From: an uncultured bacterium
Lineage (GTDB): Bacteria; Eisenbacteria; RBG-16-71-46; CAIMUX01; WJJG01
NCBI GenBank assembly: GCA_964603725.1
Contig: CAZRWW010000001.1
Coordinates: forward strand, 69,634 to 133,633
Direction: 5' to 3'
Length of the DNA: 64,000 nucleotides
Shown here: one piece after another, positions 60,609 through 64,000 of the stretch
Layout: every line of letters begins with the position of its first letter
Numbering within the stretch: the first letter of the stretch is position 1
Translations under genes and position numbers: made by a program
Notes under the pieces: model-generated
Database searches by the model: none
The model's input: only the letters and a program-made list of their open reading frames with translations
Told to the model about the DNA's origin: nothing

Positions 60609-60684
60609 GGGTCGGAATCGCCTGGGCGCAGGCCTGCCGGGGTCGGAATCGCCTGGGCGCAGGCCTGCCGGGGTCGGAATCGCC
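60609..60684. repeat. 32-bp tandem repeat, about 2.4 copies (GGGTCGGAATCGCCTGGGCGCAGGCCTGCCGG)
   Basis: Two full copies plus a partial third, upstream of the arylsulfotransferase-like gene. Confidence 0.9.
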
Positions 60685-60699
60685 GTAACGAACCGGCGG

Positions 60700-62459
60700 C
60701 GTCGGCTGTCTCGATACGCAGCGGGGCCTGCCGGTCGCTGGTCTGTCTCGGCGGCTGCCAGGAAGACCAGTCCGGCGGCACCTCCCCCGGCGACACCACA
60801 GCCCCCGCGGCCATATGCGACCTGGCATGCGCGTCCGTGAGTGCCCGCGCGGCGGTCCTGGTCTGGACGGCGCCCGGCGACGACGAGGCAGAGGGCCAGG
60901 CCGCGACCTATGACCTGCGTCGGGCCGCCGGGTCAGCCGCGGAGTTTCGGTGGGACGAGGCCGGCCAGATCGTCGCTCGGTCGAGCCCCCGGTCCGCCGG
61001 AATCCGGGAGAGCCTCACCGTCGCGGACCTCGACCCTGCCGTGCGCTAAACCTTTGCCGTGAAGACCGCGGACGAGGAGGGCAACTGGTCGGCGATCTCC
61101 AACCTCCTCGAGATCGAGACGAGCGACGTTCCCGGCGAATGCTCCATCACTCCCTCGGCGCTCGACTTCGGGTCGGTCGTCGCCGGCTCGTATGGCGATG
61201 CGACCTTCACAATCGCCAATCGCGGGGCCGTGGATCTGCGCGGCACGCTCGGCGGGGACGCCGGCGCCTTCAGCATCATCCAGGGCGGCGGGGACTACAC
61301 GCTGGCCCCGGGCGAGTCGCTGGAGGTGGCCGTTCGCTACTCCCCGGCCGCGGCGGGCGCCCACAGCGGCGTGATCGAGACCGGCGACGACGCCTGCACC
61401 GACGTCGCCTGCACGGGTACCTCGGTCGCCCCGTCCTCCGCGGGCTGTACGCTCTTCTCGGTCAACGGCTCGCGGCAGACCTTGCTCGTCGACATGGACA
61501 AGACGGTCGTTCACGGCTGGTCGCACAGTCGCTCGGGAGGCTACTCCGCCTACCTGCTCGAGGACGGCAGCCTCCTGCGAACCGCCATGGGGGGCAGTTC
61601 CGCGATGAACGCCGGTGGAGCCCAGGGCGTGGTGGAGCGCGTGGGACCCACCGGCACGATGCTATGGGAGTACACATACAGCACCAACGCCCACCGCGCC
61701 CACCATGACATCGAGCCCATGCCCAACGGCAACGTGCTCATGATCGCCTGGGAGCGCAAGACCGCCGCCCAGGCCGCCCAGGCCGGCCGAGCCCGGGCGG
61801 CCGAGATCTGGCCCGACCACATCATCGAGGTTCAGCCTTCGGGTTCGAGTGGCGGCGCGATCGTCTGGGAATGGCACGCCTGGGACCACCTGATCCAGGA
61901 CCGGGACCCCACGAAGGGCAACTACGGGGTCGTCGCCGATCACCCCGAGCTGCTCGATGTCAACATGGGCAGCGCCAGCGGCCGGGGCGGCGACATCCTC
62001 TACCGCTGGGGCTGCCCCGCCAACTACGATGCCCCGGGCACCCGCGTCTTCGATGTCGCCCACTGCGCCGTGTGGGTTCCCGACGGATGTCCCGGCGCCG
62101 GGAACATCCTCGTCTTCAACAATCGCGAGCACCAGGGCACCTCCGCCGTCATCGAGCTCGTGCCGCCCGCGGACGGCCTGGGCAACTACTACCGCGAGAT
62201 CGGCGCCGCCTATGGTCCGGCCGTGCCGGCGTGGTCTTATACCGCGGCTGGCTTCTACTCGGCCCACCTGGGCGGCTGCCAGCGGCTCCCCGGCGGGAAC
62301 ACGCTGATCGTGGAGTCGGTCGCGGGCAACATCTTGGAGGTCGACGGCACCGGGGCAGTCCAGTGGAGCTATGCGCGCGGAGGGGAGATCGCCCGCGCGC
62401 TGCGATATGGCCGGGAGTACGCGGGGTTGGCGGTGCTGGGAGTGGGCGGGGGCGAGTGA
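60700..62459 (+). pseudogene. Arylsulfotransferase (ASST)-family beta-propeller protein with an N-terminal FN3-like domain and a choice-of-anchor-D-like domain, interrupted by an in-frame TAA
   Basis: LVWTAPGDDEAEGQAATYDLRRA...LTVADLDPAVR*TFAVKTADEEGNWSAISN. The TAA at 61047..61049 replaces the Tyr codon of the conserved (Y)YFAxK motif seen in the 22809 protein. Downstream are DFGSVVAGSYGDATFTIANRG and the ASST motif HRAHHDIEPMPNGNVLMIAW. The N-terminal start is unclear, since the frame is open far upstream. Confidence 0.6.
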
Positions 62460-62470
62460 GCCGGGGCGGT

Positions 62471-64000
62471 CTAGCGCAGCCGCAGGATCCGCCCCACGGC
62501 GTCGCCGGCAGGCGCGTTCAGCCGGAGCAGATAGACGCCCGCCGGCGCTTCCCGTCCCGCGGCGTCGCGGCCGTCCCAGATGAGACGATGCGTCCCGGCG
62601 GCAAGGCGCCCGTCGGCCAGCGTCCGCACGACGCGGCCGTCCACCGCCAGCACCCGCAGGACGCCCTCGGTCGCCCGCGGCAGGTCGAGCCGGATCGCGG
62701 TGGCGTCCGCGAACGGGTTGGGCGCGGAACGAAGACGGATGCGGCGAAGACGCGGCGGCGCGTCCACGCCTTGCAGGCCGCTCTCGATCGAGACGATCTC
62801 AACATCGTCGACCGCCCCTTCGATGTTGGAGGCGTGTAGGTAGTCCGACGCCACGAAGCGCAGCTGGACCTGGGCGGGCAGGTCGACGTACGCGCCGAGC
62901 TCGAACACCTGCGCGACCCAGGCCGCCACGCCGGCGTAGGTGTGCTCGAGCGAGACCCAGTTCGTGCCATCGCCGGTGATGTCCACCTGCCAGCAGTCTT
63001 CGCCCGCCCACTGGCCGGCGTCATTGGTGTACCAGCGGTAGTAGGTCAGCGTGGCCGCCTCGGCCGACCCGAGATCCACTACCGGCGAGAGCAGCGTCGT
63101 GCGGCCGCCATCGACGTCGTGGTCCCAGAAGCTGGCGCCCGCGGCGCATCCGGTGCAGTAGCAGAGCTCGCCCGGCGCGGGCGTATGGTCCTCGCCCGGA
63201 TTGCCCTGGCGACCCATGGCGCCGTAGGTGGCCTCGGGACTCCCCCGCTCCCAAATGCCGCCCGTGGCGTCGTCGCCGGGCGCGCCACAGGTCCAGTCCG
63301 CCAGCGTCTCGACATCGTCGCTGAAGAAGGTCCGCAGGATGCGGAAACTGTGCACGCGCCCGGGCGCGCCGTCCGGGTCGACGTCGCCGAAACCGGTGAT
63401 GTCCACGGCGGACAGCCAGTATTCGACGGTCGCGCCCAGCGGCCGTGGCGGAATCTGAGCCCGGTAGCTTTGCGTCTCGCCCGGGCGCAGCGGCGTCATC
63501 GGCACCTCGCTCCAGTCCGCGCCAACGCGGTAGTGCAGCCTCACGCGCTCGGGGTCGATGGAAAAGTGACGCGAGTGGACCTCGCACTGCACGTCATAGG
63601 GTTCGGTGGTGTTGTCGGTGTCGGGCAGCGGACAATGCCGGATCTCCACGGCGCCCGGGCCGCCGTAGAGGATCTCCTGGGCGAAGGCGCCGATGTTGCA
63701 CGATCCGTAGCCGGCATAGAAGTACCCGCCCTCTCCCCAGCCCGGGCCCCAGCTGTTCTTGGCGATCCAGGCGCCGCGGCCGTCGCACAGGCCATCGTCC
63801 CACCCGACCAAGAGCACGATGTGGTTGACGGGCGCGGTCGGGCTGTTTTCGTAGCAGCCGCCCGTGTAGGAGTAGAATTCCTCCGTGACCGTGCAGGCGA
63901 CGGTGATGGGGTGATCGAGGATCTTCTCCTTCAGTGTCGTGATATCGCTCCCCACCAGGCGGTGTCCATCCACGGTGTCCACGAACTCGCAGCTATCCTG
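62471..64000 (-). CDS. Papain-like (C1 family) cysteine peptidase with a type-A T9SS C-terminal sorting domain; the 5' end runs off the window
   Basis: HIVLLVGWDDG...WIAKNSWGPGWGEGGYF (His/Asn region of C1 peptidases). The C-terminus SAPNPFADATAIRLDLPRATEGVLRVLAVDGRVVRTLADGRLAAGTHRLIWDGRDAAGREAPAGVYLLRLNAPAGDAVGRILRLR is a canonical T9SS CTD. The open frame continues past 64000. Confidence 0.88.
   Translation of the reverse strand, partial: QDSCEFVDTVDGHRLVGSDITTLKEKILDHPITVACTVTEEFYSYTGGCYENSPTAPVNHIVLLVGWDDGLCDGRGAWIAKNSWGPGWGEGGYFYAGYGSCNIGAFAQEILYGGPGAVEIRHCPLPDTDNTTEPYDVQCEVHSRHFSIDPERVRLHYRVGADWSEVPMTPLRPGETQSYRAQIPPRPLGATVEYWLSAVDITGFGDVDPDGAPGRVHSFRILRTFFSDDVETLADWTCGAPGDDATGGIWERGSPEATYGAMGRQGNPGEDHTPAPGELCYCTGCAAGASFWDHDVDGGRTTLLSPVVDLGSAEAATLTYYRWYTNDAGQWAGEDCWQVDITGDGTNWVSLEHTYAGVAAWVAQVFELGAYVDLPAQVQLRFVASDYLHASNIEGAVDDVEIVSIESGLQGVDAPPRLRRIRLRSAPNPFADATAIRLDLPRATEGVLRVLAVDGRVVRTLADGRLAAGTHRLIWDGRDAAGREAPAGVYLLRLNAPAGDAVGRILRLR

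Overview
This is a roughly 70% GC bacterial chromosomal segment that is densely coding. Real genes sit on both strands, with many spurious antisense ORFs alongside them. The contents are mostly housekeeping and envelope or secreted functions: MutY, pyruvate:ferredoxin oxidoreductase, alpha-glucan phosphorylase, Fe/Mn superoxide dismutase, an ALDH homologue, peptidases, transporters, and an ECF sigma/anti-sigma pair. Two proteins end in a type-A T9SS C-terminal sorting domain, which suggests an FCB-group organism, Gemmatimonadota-like (inference only). I found no rRNA, tRNA or CRISPR.

The most unusual signal is an 11-residue C-terminal motif, [ST][ST]WG[QR][VI]KA[LF][FY][QRE] at the carboxy end, on five signal-peptide-bearing proteins with three different mature domains. 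It could be a new sorting or recognition tag. Three of these genes form a 1.2 kb tandem triplication. Each copy has its own sigma70-like promoter, a conserved GTGAGA-N27-TCTCAC element at the transcript 5' end, and an intrinsic terminator.

Other oddities:
- A periplasmic metallophosphoesterase fused to a class D beta-lactamase-like domain.
- A large CHAT protease with TPR repeats, divergent from an ECF sigma factor and a zinc-finger (ZAS) anti-sigma factor with TPR repeats.
- An arylsulfotransferase-like gene interrupted by an in-frame TAA.
- An ALDH homologue whose catalytic Cys is replaced by Ser.
- An orphan beta-class DNA methyltransferase in a translationally coupled operon.
- Many short tandem repeats in promoter regions.

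My own base counting may be off by 1-2 nt in places; CDS ends follow the supplied ORF track.
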